From positions 4,734-68,733 of the forward strand of contig DASSGK010000567.1 in assembly GCA_035693505.1 (NCBI GenBank): DNA of 64,000 bases, written 5' to 3'. The notes under the pieces are model-generated. The model was not told the DNA's origin. It saw only the letters and a list, made by a program, of their open reading frames with translations, and made no database searches. Source of the DNA: Vicinamibacterales bacterium. GTDB taxonomy: Bacteria; Acidobacteriota; Vicinamibacteria; Vicinamibacterales; CAVVIG01. The position numbers and the translations under genes were made by a program. This document shows, one piece after another, positions 9,876-19,195 of this stretch (positions are counted from its first letter, which is position 1; each line of letters opens with the position of its first letter).

Positions 9876-12035
9876 ATGGCACCTCGTAAAGGCGCGGTAT
9901 CGCTTTTTGCGGTGCTCGCGTCGCTGGCGGCGGCCGGGTGGCTGTCCGCGCAGAGCACCACGCCTTCTGTGGCGCGCATCCGCGGATTCTCCGCGGCGGC
10001 GAGCGCAGCGCAGGCCGCCCGCGAGAACACGCTGAAGGCGATGCCGTCGGCAAAGGCCGCCGAAGCCGACTTCGACGTGATGACCGCCGAGCCGCATCAC
10101 ACCGGATCGCCCTACGAGATCAAGCTCGCCGACTACGTCAGCGATCAGTTCAAGCAGATCGGCATCGAATCGACGAAGTACGAGTACAGCGTTCTCCTCC
10201 CGTGGCCCAAACAGCGCCGCATCGACATTGTCGCGCCCGATCAGCTGCGGCTCGAGGTCGAAGAAGAGAAGATCCGCGGCGATCAGTGGGCCGACAAGCC
10301 GGGCATTCTGCCGGCGTACAACGCCTACTCTCCATCGGGCGATGTGACCGGCGAGATCGTCTACGTGAACTTCGGGATCCCCGCGGATTACGAGACGCTC
10401 GACAAGCTCGGCATCAGCGTCAAAGGACGAATCGTCCTCGCGCGATACGGCGGGAGCTGGCGCGGGATCAAGCCGAAGGTCGCGGCGGAGCACGGCGCGA
10501 TTGCCTGCATCATTTACTCGGATCCGCACGAAGACGGCTATTTCCAGGGCGATGTCTATCCCGACGGTCCGTATCGCGGGTGGGGCATGATCCAGCGCGG
10601 CAGTGTGATGGACATGCCGCGCTATCCGGGCGATCCGTCCACGCCGGATCGACCGTCGAAAGCCGGCGTCGAACGGCTCCCGATGGACAAGATCGAGACG
10701 TTCGCGCCGATTCCGGTGCAGCCGATGTCGTATCGCGACGGCGTCGAGCTGCTGAAACGGTTGAAGGGACCGGTCGCGCCACCGGAGTGGCGCGGTGCGC
10801 TGCCAATCACCTATCGCATTGGTCCAGGGCCCGCCCGGGTTCACATGAACCTGCAGATGGACTACGGCCAGCGGCGTCTGATCAACGTGGTAGGCAAGAT
10901 TACGGGTTCGGTCGCGCCTGACGAGTGGGTGATTGTCGGCTCGCATCGTGATGCATGGACGTTCGGCGCATCCGATTCGGTCAGCGGTCACGTGTCGATG
11001 ATGGCCGTGGCGCGCGCGATGAGCGCGATGATGAAGACCGGATGGAAACCGCGGCGAAGCGTCCTTTTCATCAGCTGGGATGGAGAAGAGCAGGGGCTCC
11101 TCGGCTCGACCGAGTTCGTCGAAGATTTGACGGCCGAGTTGAAGGCAAAGACGGCCGTCTACGTGAACCGCGACGCCGGCGCCGGCGGGTTGAACTTCTC
11201 GAGCAGCGCCGTTCATTCGCTGACGCCGTTCGTTCACGAGCTGGCGCAATCGATCCAGCCGCAAGGCGCCACCAGGAATTTGTACGAAGGATGGCTCGAG
11301 CGAGCCCGCGAGCAGGCGCCTGCCCGCGACGGCCGCCCGCTGCTGAAATCGCCGCCTGTGGGCGCGCTTGGCTCGGGATCCGACTACACCGCGTTCCTCG
11401 ATCACGCCGGCATCGCCTCGATGGACATGGGCCTGAACGGGCCCGGCGGCGACGGCAGCTATCACTCGACGTACGACAACCCGACCTGGTTCAAGAAGTA
11501 CATCGATCCGCAGTTCACCTTCAGCGTGCTCGCTGCGCAGGTCACCGGTGTCGCGTTGCTGCGGTTGGCCGATGCCGAAGTGCTGCCGTTCGATTACGAG
11601 GCGTACGGCAGGCAGATTCTCGAGTACATCGACGAGATCGAGCAGCAGGCGTCAAAAGCGTCGGCGGATGGCGCGAAGAAGGTCGACTTTGCCGGACTTC
11701 GGTCGGCGGCGAACGCATTCGCGCGGGCGGGCGCCGGCGCGCGCGATCGAGGCGACTCGCTGCTCGCCTCCGCCTCGACGCCGCAGGATCTTGCCGCGTT
11801 GAACCATCGCCTGATCATGGCCGAGCGGGATCTCATCGAGCCGGCCGGCCTGCCGGATCGACCCTGGTATCGCCACGTGATCTACGCCCCCGGCCTCTAC
11901 ACCGGTTACGGCGTGAAGACCATTCCGGGCGTGCGCGAAGCCGTCGACGCCGGCAACTACACGCGCGCGGCCGAGCAGGCGGCGATCGTCATTCGGGCGC
12001 TGCAGCGCGCGACCCGCACGCTCGAAGGCAGTTAG
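9876..12035 (+). CDS. M28-family metallopeptidase, glutamate carboxypeptidase II / transferrin-receptor-like, secreted
   Basis: Signal peptide LFAVLASLAAAGWLSAQS. HRDAWTFGASDSVSG and SWDGEEQGLLGSTEF zinc-ligand motifs. PA-domain insert and a C-terminal dimerisation-like helical domain. Confidence 0.85.
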   Translation: MAPRKGAVSLFAVLASLAAAGWLSAQSTTPSVARIRGFSAAASAAQAARENTLKAMPSAKAAEADFDVMTAEPHHTGSPYEIKLADYVSDQFKQIGIESTKYEYSVLLPWPKQRRIDIVAPDQLRLEVEEEKIRGDQWADKPGILPAYNAYSPSGDVTGEIVYVNFGIPADYETLDKLGISVKGRIVLARYGGSWRGIKPKVAAEHGAIACIIYSDPHEDGYFQGDVYPDGPYRGWGMIQRGSVMDMPRYPGDPSTPDRPSKAGVERLPMDKIETFAPIPVQPMSYRDGVELLKRLKGPVAPPEWRGALPITYRIGPGPARVHMNLQMDYGQRRLINVVGKITGSVAPDEWVIVGSHRDAWTFGASDSVSGHVSMMAVARAMSAMMKTGWKPRRSVLFISWDGEEQGLLGSTEFVEDLTAELKAKTAVYVNRDAGAGGLNFSSSAVHSLTPFVHELAQSIQPQGATRNLYEGWLERAREQAPARDGRPLLKSPPVGALGSGSDYTAFLDHAGIASMDMGLNGPGGDGSYHSTYDNPTWFKKYIDPQFTFSVLAAQVTGVALLRLADAEVLPFDYEAYGRQILEYIDEIEQQASKASADGAKKVDFAGLRSAANAFARAGAGARDRGDSLLASASTPQDLAALNHRLIMAERDLIEPAGLPDRPWYRHVIYAPGLYTGYGVKTIPGVREAVDAGNYTRAAEQAAIVIRALQRATRTLEGS

Positions 12036-12046
12036 CAGGCTGAGAC

Positions 12047-12523
12047 ATGGCGATCGATCGACAGGGCACCGGCCTCACCATCGTCCGCATCTGCATCGGC
12101 ATCTTCTTCGTCTTCGAAGGGATTGGGAAGGTTCGCTGGTTCGCCGACCCTTCGCAGCTTGCGAGCCAGCTTGCCGGCTGGGCGCAGGCGGTTCCGTCAG
12201 CATCGTGGAGCCACGCGTATCTGACGCGGGTCGCGATCCCTTACGTGTCCGTCTTTGCGCGGCTCGTCCCGCTCGGCGAAATCGTGTCGGGCGCCGCGCT
12301 GATTGCCGGATGCTGGACGCCGCTGTTTGCCTTCGTCGCCTTCTTCATGGCGTTCAATTTCCAGTTCGCGAGCGGCGCGCTCTTCAAGTACAGCTTCCTG
12401 ACGAGCGGATACGGTCTGCCGGTGCTCGGGTCTACGCTCGCACTGGTTGTGGGAGGAGTACGGCTGCCGTGGAGCATTGGCGTTTCAACACCGCCGCGTG
12501 CCATGAAAGCAAGAAGCAGTTGA
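12047..12523 (+). CDS. DoxX-family membrane protein
   Basis: 158 aa with four predicted TM segments and the N-terminal LTIVRICIGIFFVFEGIGKV pattern typical of DoxX. Confidence 0.7.
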   Translation: MAIDRQGTGLTIVRICIGIFFVFEGIGKVRWFADPSQLASQLAGWAQAVPSASWSHAYLTRVAIPYVSVFARLVPLGEIVSGAALIAGCWTPLFAFVAFFMAFNFQFASGALFKYSFLTSGYGLPVLGSTLALVVGGVRLPWSIGVSTPPRAMKARSS

Positions 12524-13802
12524 CGATCGCCAGGATCACCGTGAGGTCGATGACGGTGATGCCGCGTGGCACCGCGTAACCGATGCCGTCGCCAAATCCA
12601 TAAAACAGGTTCAGGTTCAGCGCGACCACCGCGCTGACGCCGACCGCAATCGGCGCGAAGGCTCGGCGCCCCGCAGACGCCAGGACGAGCAAAGGCACCG
12701 CGGCGAACAGGTGGTTTTCGTGGACCTGCGCCGAAAGCGTCGCGTACGCGTGGACGATGAACGCGGCCACGCCGGCGATCAGCCACAAATCAATTGAAAA
12801 TTGCCAATTGCTGATTGCAAATTGATAGGCCCTCCAGACTGCCCACGCGGCCGCGGCGACAGTCAGCACGATGCCGATCGTTCGCGGATCCGGATAGCCG
12901 ATCTCGATGACGCGCTGGATGCCGAGAATGCGCGCCGGCGCGGTGAACGCGGCCCACGCGCCCATGTCGTGGATCGAGTACCGCACGCGAAACAGATAGC
13001 CGATCACCCACCACAGGTTCGCCGCGTTGGCGGACAGCATGTCGTGCTGCGCCAACCGTCCGAGCGCCTGCAGCATGTTGCGCCATCCGCCGGCGGCGAT
13101 GACAGGGGCCAGGATCAGGACCGCGGCTGCGCTCGCTCCGCCCGCGGCAGACAGGAAGCGCCTGATGCGCGTGTCTCGCGCGCCGCTCGTCCATAGCGCA
13201 AGCGCCACAGCCGGCGCGACGAACACACCCTGCGCCTTGGTGAGGATCGACGCGGCGATCAGCGCACCGGCGATTGCGGGCCAGCCCGCGACGGCAGCGG
13301 CCAGGGCAGCCATCGCCGGCAGCACGTACGGCGCGTCCAGATAGCCGAGGATGCTCGCGTCGAACAAGGCCGCCGGGTTCAGCCAGAACGCGGCAGCCGC
13401 GAGCCGCGCGGCGCCGACTCCTAGGTTCCTTCGCACCAGGGCGAACAGGAGGACGACAAGTCCGACTTCCGCGGCGACTGCCGGCAGCTTGACGAAGGCG
13501 TTCAGCGGCGTGGCGTTGGGAAACCTGTGATGCGACCACAGCCAGTACGCGTTGCCCGCGACGCCGAGCTCGAGCAGCGCGAGCGGCGGATAGTCGACCG
13601 TGGCGCTGGCTCCGGCGTACATCAGTTCACGCCGTTCGAGCGGCACGCCGCCGACGCCGTACATGTCGCCGACGCCGTGTCTCGCGGCGTTATAGCTCCA
13701 GACTTTCCAGACCGTGAGATCGCCGGTGCCGGGCCCCGGCAGCGCAACGGCGCGGATCAGCGCGCCAGCAATGATGAGCGCAGCAAATTGGGAACGTGAC
13801 AC
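12432..13802 (-). CDS. GT-C fold polytopic membrane glycosyltransferase (PMT/ArnT/DUF2029-like)
   Basis: 456 aa with many TM helices. The first periplasmic loop carries an acidic/aromatic motif (TVDYPPLALLE), as in polyprenyl-phosphate-sugar-dependent GT-C enzymes. Confidence 0.6.
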   Translation of the reverse strand: MSRSQFAALIIAGALIRAVALPGPGTGDLTVWKVWSYNAARHGVGDMYGVGGVPLERRELMYAGASATVDYPPLALLELGVAGNAYWLWSHHRFPNATPLNAFVKLPAVAAEVGLVVLLFALVRRNLGVGAARLAAAAFWLNPAALFDASILGYLDAPYVLPAMAALAAAVAGWPAIAGALIAASILTKAQGVFVAPAVALALWTSGARDTRIRRFLSAAGGASAAAVLILAPVIAAGGWRNMLQALGRLAQHDMLSANAANLWWVIGYLFRVRYSIHDMGAWAAFTAPARILGIQRVIEIGYPDPRTIGIVLTVAAAAWAVWRAYQFAISNWQFSIDLWLIAGVAAFIVHAYATLSAQVHENHLFAAVPLLVLASAGRRAFAPIAVGVSAVVALNLNLFYGFGDGIGYAVPRGITVIDLTVILAIVNCFLLSWHAAVLKRQCSTAAVLLPQPVRA

Positions 13803-13817
13803 GCGTGTGCGCCGCGT

Positions 13818-14558
13818 TCAATGCACGCGGCGATCGTAATCGTTGGCCCGGCCGCCCGAGTAAACGTCGAACTTCTTGCGGACGCGGTTGATCTTCCACT
13901 TCAGGTAGCGGTACTTCAGTTCCGAAATCGGGTGAATCCGGGCGCCCTTCAGTAGCAGATACCCGACGACGAGACCGCCGAGATGCGTGGCGTTCGCGGT
14001 GCCGCCCGACTCGGAGAGCGAGGTGAGCAGCGCGATGCCGGCGAGAATCGCGACGCACACCTTGGCCGGAACCCAGAAGACGATCATCAGGATGGGACGG
14101 TCGGGGAAATACAGCGCGTACGCGAGCAGGAGTCCGTAAATCGCACCGGACGCGCCGATGATGACGGAGTGCTGCACCTGCTGCGCGAAGCCGAACGGCA
14201 GCAGCGAGAACACGACCGTGAGTGCGCCGGCGCCGATGCCCGTGAGGAAATAAAACTTCAGGAAATAGCGCGTGCCCCAGATCCGTTCCAGCTCCGTTCC
14301 GAACATCCAGAGCGCGAGCATGTTGAACAGGATGTGAAACAGCCCGCCGTGCAGAAACATGTACGTCGCGATCTGCCACAGCCAGAACTGGTGCAGGACG
14401 AGCGCGGGCACAAGGCCCAGGTAGTCCTGCAGCGTTGGCATGAACGACGTGAGGACGAACATCGCAACGTTCGCCCCGATGAGCGCCTTGAGCGATGTCG
14501 AGAGCGGGCCGGGACCGAATGAGAAAGAAGAGCCGTAGTACGAGGCAGGACGTCGCAT
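13818..14558 (-). CDS. rhomboid-family intramembrane serine protease
   Basis: FLHGGLFHILFNMLALWMFG, GASGAIYGLL (catalytic Ser) and HLGGLVVG (catalytic His). Start trimmed to MRRPASYYG (14558), because the track start at 14735 lies inside the upstream intrinsic terminator. Confidence 0.85.
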   Translation of the reverse strand: MRRPASYYGSSFSFGPGPLSTSLKALIGANVAMFVLTSFMPTLQDYLGLVPALVLHQFWLWQIATYMFLHGGLFHILFNMLALWMFGTELERIWGTRYFLKFYFLTGIGAGALTVVFSLLPFGFAQQVQHSVIIGASGAIYGLLLAYALYFPDRPILMIVFWVPAKVCVAILAGIALLTSLSESGGTANATHLGGLVVGYLLLKGARIHPISELKYRYLKWKINRVRKKFDVYSGGRANDYDRRVH

Positions 14559-14704
14559 GTTCAGCTTCTCGAGAATCGTATCACTTGCCGAGCAACAACC
14601 GTACCCCGCGAACATCTCACAGCCAGCGACAACGACGTGGCCCACCAGGTCGGCCTCGTCGAAAAAACTTACGCGCGAGCAAGGCGGGCGCAGTGCGGAA
14701 CGGC

Positions 14705-14740
14705 AAAAAAAAGGCCCTTGCCGGGTGAAGGGCAAGGGCC
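14705..14740 (-). terminator. Rho-independent terminator downstream of yqeY
   Basis: On the minus strand: GGCCCTTGCC, an 8-nt loop, GGCAAGGGCC, then TTTTTTTT. The stem is a perfect 10 bp followed by a T8 tract. Confidence 0.85.
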
Positions 14741-14808
14741 AAAGGAGGATGGATGAGAGGCTATGTTTGCCGTCTCGAAACCTTAGACGGACGCCCCTCG
14801 AAGAAAGT

Positions 14809-15261
14809 TTAAGGACCAGCCAGCTTTCGGCGTACGAGTTCGTTGATCGCTTTTCCGTCGATGGTCTGGCCGGAAAGTCGAGCCAGAACGGCCTTCATCA
14901 CGCGGCCCATGTCCTTCGGCGACGTCGCGCCGGTCTCTTGAATAGCATCCGCGACGGCTTGCTCGACTACGGCTGGCTCAGCAGCAGCGGGCAGGTATGT
15001 TTCAAGGACCTGAATCTCGGCGCGCTCTTTATCGGCCAGTTCGAGCCGACCACCCTGCGTGAACTGCTCGATGGAATCTTTACGCTGTTTTACGAGAGAT
15101 GCGACGACCTGGAGCGACTCGCCGTCGTCAAGCGTATGGCCGCGTTCGATTTCGCGATTCATCAACGCGGCTTTGAGCATGCGGAGCGTGCTCAGACGGA
15201 CGGCGTCGTGCTTCTTCATCGCGTCCGCGATGCCGGCGCTGACTTGTTCGACGAAGGCCAA
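14809..15261 (-). CDS. GatB/YqeY-domain protein
   Basis: 150 aa. DAMKKHDAVRLSTLRMLKAAL...KQRKDSIEQF...AEIQVLETYLP matches the YqeY family pattern. Confidence 0.85.
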   Translation of the reverse strand: MAFVEQVSAGIADAMKKHDAVRLSTLRMLKAALMNREIERGHTLDDGESLQVVASLVKQRKDSIEQFTQGGRLELADKERAEIQVLETYLPAAAEPAVVEQAVADAIQETGATSPKDMGRVMKAVLARLSGQTIDGKAINELVRRKLAGP

Positions 15262-15264
15262 CGG

Positions 15265-16014
15265 CTACTGACCGCCGGGTCCACCGGGCCGGCGGACAGG
15301 CGGCACTTGCCCGGGTACTTGTCCCTGTGTCGGCGGCGGCGGCGCCACCATTCCAGGAACGGCCACGCCGCCGTACGGTGCGACGGGCGTCGGCGACGTC
15401 GCCGGCGCGGGGTTGCCGTTGGGCACCGGGACGGCGTTCGGGACATTCGGCATCTGCCCTGGCATATTGGGCATCGGCTGCGGCTGCGGCTGCTGTGGGT
15501 TCCCAACCTGCGGCTGCGGGAACTGGTTGAAAACGGGTCCCCGCGCTGGGACAGGCACGTTCGGCATCGGCCGCTGATCGTCGTCGTCGTCGGCCGGCTG
15601 CGGCGGCTGGAACTGCGGGTTCTGCTGCTGGAACACCGGCGACGGTGACGATTGCGTCGGCGGCCGCGCGGCCGCGAGCGTCGGCATCAGGATGATGCGA
15701 TCGAATCGCGAGAGGTTTGACGCTTCGACCGGGCGCGGCGCCGCAATGTAGCCGCTCAGCGAACGCAGCACGACGTCGAGCGCCTGCGCCTCCGGCACGT
15801 TGGTCAGTTCGAGCGTCACCGGTCCACCCGGCACGCGTTCGATGTTCACGATTTTCGTGTCGCCGACGCGCGCCCACTCGGTCAGGATCTGGCGGACGGT
15901 CGCGTCTTTCGCGACGAGCGAGACGCGCCCGTTCTGCATCGTGAGCTGCACCTCGGCCGACGCGGTGGTGACCGCAAAGAGCCAGGCGACGACGCCGATG
16001 GTTGCTGTCTTCAT
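15265..16014 (-). CDS. secreted protein with an STN/secretin-N-like domain and a long Pro/Gln-rich tail
   Basis: Signal peptide MKTATIGVVAWLFAVTTASA. A roughly 90-aa domain (ATVRQILTEWARVGDTKIV...AQALDVVLRSLSGY). About 140 aa of P/Q/N/V low complexity follow. Confidence 0.5.
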   Translation of the reverse strand: MKTATIGVVAWLFAVTTASAEVQLTMQNGRVSLVAKDATVRQILTEWARVGDTKIVNIERVPGGPVTLELTNVPEAQALDVVLRSLSGYIAAPRPVEASNLSRFDRIILMPTLAAARPPTQSSPSPVFQQQNPQFQPPQPADDDDDQRPMPNVPVPARGPVFNQFPQPQVGNPQQPQPQPMPNMPGQMPNVPNAVPVPNGNPAPATSPTPVAPYGGVAVPGMVAPPPPTQGQVPGQVPPVRRPGGPGGQ

Positions 16015-16039
16015 GGTGAGATTTCAGTATACGCCCAGG

Positions 16040-17002
16040 CTATTTCTTGCGGAAATAATCGATCACCTGCGTCAGAATTTCGTCAAGCTGGAGCGTCGCC
16101 TTGTACCCGATGAGCCCTTCGACGCGGGTCAGGTCGGGAACCCGCCGCGGCATATCCTCGAATCCCGATTCATACGCGTCGTCGTAGGGCACGAGCTTGA
16201 TCGGGGAATCCGAACCGCTGAGTTCCCGCACCCGCTCGGCGAGCGCCAGGATCGTAATTTCCTGCTTGTTCCCGATGTTGATGACCTGCCCGACGGCCTT
16301 CGGCTCTGCGATCAGCTTCAGCAGCGCACCGACGACGTCGGTCACGTGTGTAAAAGCGCGCTGCTGCGTGCCGTCGCCGAAGACGGTGATCGGCTCGCCG
16401 GCGAGCGCCTGACGGACGAAATTCGGAATGACCATCCCGTACTGCCCCGACTGCCTCGGGCCGACCGTGTTGAAGAAGCGCACGATGATCACCGGCAGCT
16501 TGCGCTCTTTCCAGTAGGCGAGCGCGAGGAACTCGTCGATCGCCTTGCTGCACGCGTACGCCCAGCGGTGCTTCGGCGTCGGTCCCATCACCAGGTCCGA
16601 ATCTTCGCGGAACGGCACATCTTCGCTCTTGCCGTAGACCTCGGACGTCGACGCGATGACGACGAGCTTCTTCTTCTTGTTCGCGTGCTTCAGCACGACT
16701 TCCGTGCCGTGCACGTTCGTCTCGATGGTGTAGACCGGCTGCTCGACAATCAGCTTCACGCCGACTGCGGCGGCAAAATGAAAGACGACGTCGCTGCGAT
16801 CGATCAGTTCGGCGAGCAGCGGTTCGTTGGTCACCGTGTCGACGAAGTACTCGAACCCGCGGCGTCCCTTGAGGTGCGCGATGTTGTCGATGGAACCGGT
16901 CGACAGGTTGTCGAGGATGAGCACGTCGTGCCCGTTGTCGAGCAGCGCCTCGGAGAGATGGGACCCGATGAACCCGGCCCCGCCAGTTATCAACGCTCGC
17001 AC
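16040..17002 (-). CDS. NAD-dependent sugar-nucleotide epimerase/dehydratase, ArnA C-terminal (UDP-GlcA decarboxylase)-like
   Basis: GGAGFIGSHL, STSEVYG, GPTPKHRWAYACSK (YxxxK), RFFNTVGPR and GQVINIGN resemble my recollection of the ArnA decarboxylase domain and UXS. Start is a GTG at 17002 preceded by GGAAAGGA. Confidence 0.75.
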   Translation of the reverse strand: MRALITGGAGFIGSHLSEALLDNGHDVLILDNLSTGSIDNIAHLKGRRGFEYFVDTVTNEPLLAELIDRSDVVFHFAAAVGVKLIVEQPVYTIETNVHGTEVVLKHANKKKKLVVIASTSEVYGKSEDVPFREDSDLVMGPTPKHRWAYACSKAIDEFLALAYWKERKLPVIIVRFFNTVGPRQSGQYGMVIPNFVRQALAGEPITVFGDGTQQRAFTHVTDVVGALLKLIAEPKAVGQVINIGNKQEITILALAERVRELSGSDSPIKLVPYDDAYESGFEDMPRRVPDLTRVEGLIGYKATLQLDEILTQVIDYFRKK

Positions 17003-17018
17003 TCGGCTGTCCTTTCCG

Positions 17019-18128
17019 TCAGGAGACCACGGCCCGCGGCTTGAAGGCGTGCACGGCCGCGGCAATCTCGTCTACTTCATCGTCGCGCAAGGCGGGGTGA
17101 AGGGGTAACGAGAGTATCTCGCGGCACGTGCGTGCCGCAACCGGACAATCGTCCGGGTGCTGTCCCGCCAATGCAGGCTGCCGCGGGATGGCCACAGGGT
17201 AGTGAATCAGCGTCTCGACGCCGTTCGCCGCGAGATGCGCCTGCAGCGCGTCGCGCTCGCTCGATCTTACGACGAACAGATGATAGACGTGGCCGTCGTC
17301 GCGCTGCGGCAGCACATCGACTGGCGCGCCTGCGAGGCGGCTGCGGTAGCGCGCGGCCAGCGCGCGCCGGCGTTCGGTCCAGCCTCGCAGCCGCGGCAGC
17401 CTCGCGCGCAGGACGGCCGCCTGCATGTCGTCGAGACGCGAGTTGATGCCGGGTTCCTCGTGGTGGTAGCGGTCGATCTGCCCGCCGTTGCGGATGCGCT
17501 TCACGCGGTCTGCCAGGGCACGATCGTTGGTAACCACCGCACCGCCGTCGCCAAGCGCGCCGAGATTCTTCGTCGGGTAGAAGCTGAACGCGCCGGCGAC
17601 GCCGATCGTGCCGACGGGTCGTCCCTGACAGGTCGCCAGATGGGCCTGGCAGCAGTCCTCGACGATAGCGAGAGCGTGGCGCGCGGCGACGCGCTCAATC
17701 GCGGCCATGTCGGCCGCCTGGCCGTAGAGATGCACCGGCAGGATCGCGCGCGTGCGAGGACCCACGCGCTCCGTGATCCGCTCGGGGTCGAGTGTCGCGC
17801 GTTCGGCGTCGATGTCGGCGAAGACAGGTCTTGCACCCACCATCATGATCGCGAGCGCGCTGTACGCCGCCGACAGCGGCGACGTGATCACCTCGTCGCC
17901 GGCGCCGATCCCGAGCGCTCGCAGGATGAGTGCGATGGCGTCCGTTCCTGTACCGACGCCAACCGCGCGGGCCGCGCCGGAAGCGGCGGCGAATTCCTCT
18001 TCGAAGCCGACGACTTCCGGCCCGAGGATGAACCATCCGCGATCGATCACGCGATCGATCGCGCGACGCACGTCGTCGGCGTCCTCGCGGGGCACCAGCG
18101 ACATGAACGGGATTCGATGCGCGCTCAC
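17019..18128 (-). CDS. DegT/DnrJ/EryC1-family PLP aminotransferase (ArnB-like)
   Basis: The pattern RIPFMSLVPRED...GWFILGPEV...FYPTKNLGALGDGG (PLP lysine). Start is a GTG at 18128 overlapping the upstream stop as GTGA. Confidence 0.85.
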   Translation of the reverse strand: MSAHRIPFMSLVPREDADDVRRAIDRVIDRGWFILGPEVVGFEEEFAAASGAARAVGVGTGTDAIALILRALGIGAGDEVITSPLSAAYSALAIMMVGARPVFADIDAERATLDPERITERVGPRTRAILPVHLYGQAADMAAIERVAARHALAIVEDCCQAHLATCQGRPVGTIGVAGAFSFYPTKNLGALGDGGAVVTNDRALADRVKRIRNGGQIDRYHHEEPGINSRLDDMQAAVLRARLPRLRGWTERRRALAARYRSRLAGAPVDVLPQRDDGHVYHLFVVRSSERDALQAHLAANGVETLIHYPVAIPRQPALAGQHPDDCPVAARTCREILSLPLHPALRDDEVDEIAAAVHAFKPRAVVS

Positions 18129-19195
18129 GTGCGCGACGGCTCCTGTTCGCCGCCGATGTACCGGCCCAGATGCTCGCGGTAGTACGCGACCGTGCGCCGC
18201 AGACCTTCGGCGAGCGGCACGGCAGGCGACCAGCCCGTCGTCTTCTTGAATTTCGAGGAGTCGGCGTAGAAGCTGCCGATGTCGATCGCCTTCTTGTCCG
18301 CAGGCCACTCGACGTACTCTACACGGCCGGTTCCCGCCACTTTAAGAAGCAGGCTCGTCAGGTCACGGTGGCTGACGGCTTCCTCGCCTCCGACGTTGAA
18401 GACTTCGCCGTTGCACGCGTCGCTCGCGCCAGCCCGGAGAAATGCGTCGGCGGCGTCGTCGACGTACACGAAATCGCGAAGCTGTGAACCGTCGCCGTAG
18501 ATCTGAATCGTCCGATCTTCGATGGCGAGACGGATGAACCAGCCGATGAAGCCTTGCCGGTTGTGGCTGATCAACTGCCGCGGACCGTACACGTTCGTGA
18601 GGCGCAGCGAGCAGCCGCGCACACCGAACACATTGTTGTAGACCAGGTGGTAGTACTCGCCGGCGGCCTTGTTGATGCCGTTGACGTCGGTCGGCCGCAC
18701 GAGATGCCGTTCGGTCACCGGCAGCGAGTCGGGTTTGCCGTACACCTGGCGCGTGCCCGCGAACACGACCTTGACGTTCGGGTTGTGGTTCCGGCACGCC
18801 TCGAGCACCGTCAGCTGACTGCGGCAGTTGATCTCGAGATCGGTGTACGGATCGCGCATGCTGTCGATGTGGCTGACCTGTCCGGCGAGGCTGAAAATCA
18901 CATCAAGCCCGCGGACGAGATAGTTCATCGTCGACTGCTGCCGGATGTCCGCGACGTTGACCTGTACTCGGCCGCTGAGACCGTCGATGTTGAACAGATT
19001 GCCGCCGTAATCGGGAATGAGCGAGTCGACGAGCAGCACGTGCGCGCCGAGATCCGCCAGCGCGCGCGCAAGGTTGCTGCCGATGAAGCCAAGGCCGCCG
19101 GTGATCATGACCGCGCGGCCGCGGTAGAACTCGCGGTAGTCGCCGGTCACCCCTAGACCAGGCTCGGGGTGACTCTGAGACTGTCGAAGAGTCAC
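18125..19195 (-). CDS. NAD-dependent epimerase/dehydratase (SDR)
   Basis: ITGGLGFIGSNLARAL Rossmann motif and YHLVYNN (YxxxK-type region). The GTG at 19195 overlaps the upstream stop (GTGA). A GTG at 19150 is the alternative start. Confidence 0.8.
   Translation of the reverse strand: MTLRQSQSHPEPGLGVTGDYREFYRGRAVMITGGLGFIGSNLARALADLGAHVLLVDSLIPDYGGNLFNIDGLSGRVQVNVADIRQQSTMNYLVRGLDVIFSLAGQVSHIDSMRDPYTDLEINCRSQLTVLEACRNHNPNVKVVFAGTRQVYGKPDSLPVTERHLVRPTDVNGINKAAGEYYHLVYNNVFGVRGCSLRLTNVYGPRQLISHNRQGFIGWFIRLAIEDRTIQIYGDGSQLRDFVYVDDAADAFLRAGASDACNGEVFNVGGEEAVSHRDLTSLLLKVAGTGRVEYVEWPADKKAIDIGSFYADSSKFKKTTGWSPAVPLAEGLRRTVAYYREHLGRYIGGEQEPSRT

Noticed and set aside
9837-11465. 542-aa minus-strand ORF, and similar long antisense ORFs (25069-26478, 45256-47016, 53598-54734, 54872-56275, 57017-58117, 15800-17044, 17157-18182, 6155-7132)
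   Set aside because: Each lies opposite a gene with clear family motifs. Each shows the Arg/Ala/Gly/Asp-rich profile expected from the antisense of GC3-rich codons, and none has a recognisable domain.
15265-15690. Pro/Gln-rich coding repeats (GCGGCTGCGG-type) considered as another DNA repeat family
   Set aside because: The periodicity is irregular and the region sits in a consistent open frame with a signal-peptide-bearing N-terminus. I interpret it as a low-complexity protein region rather than a mobile or structural DNA repeat.
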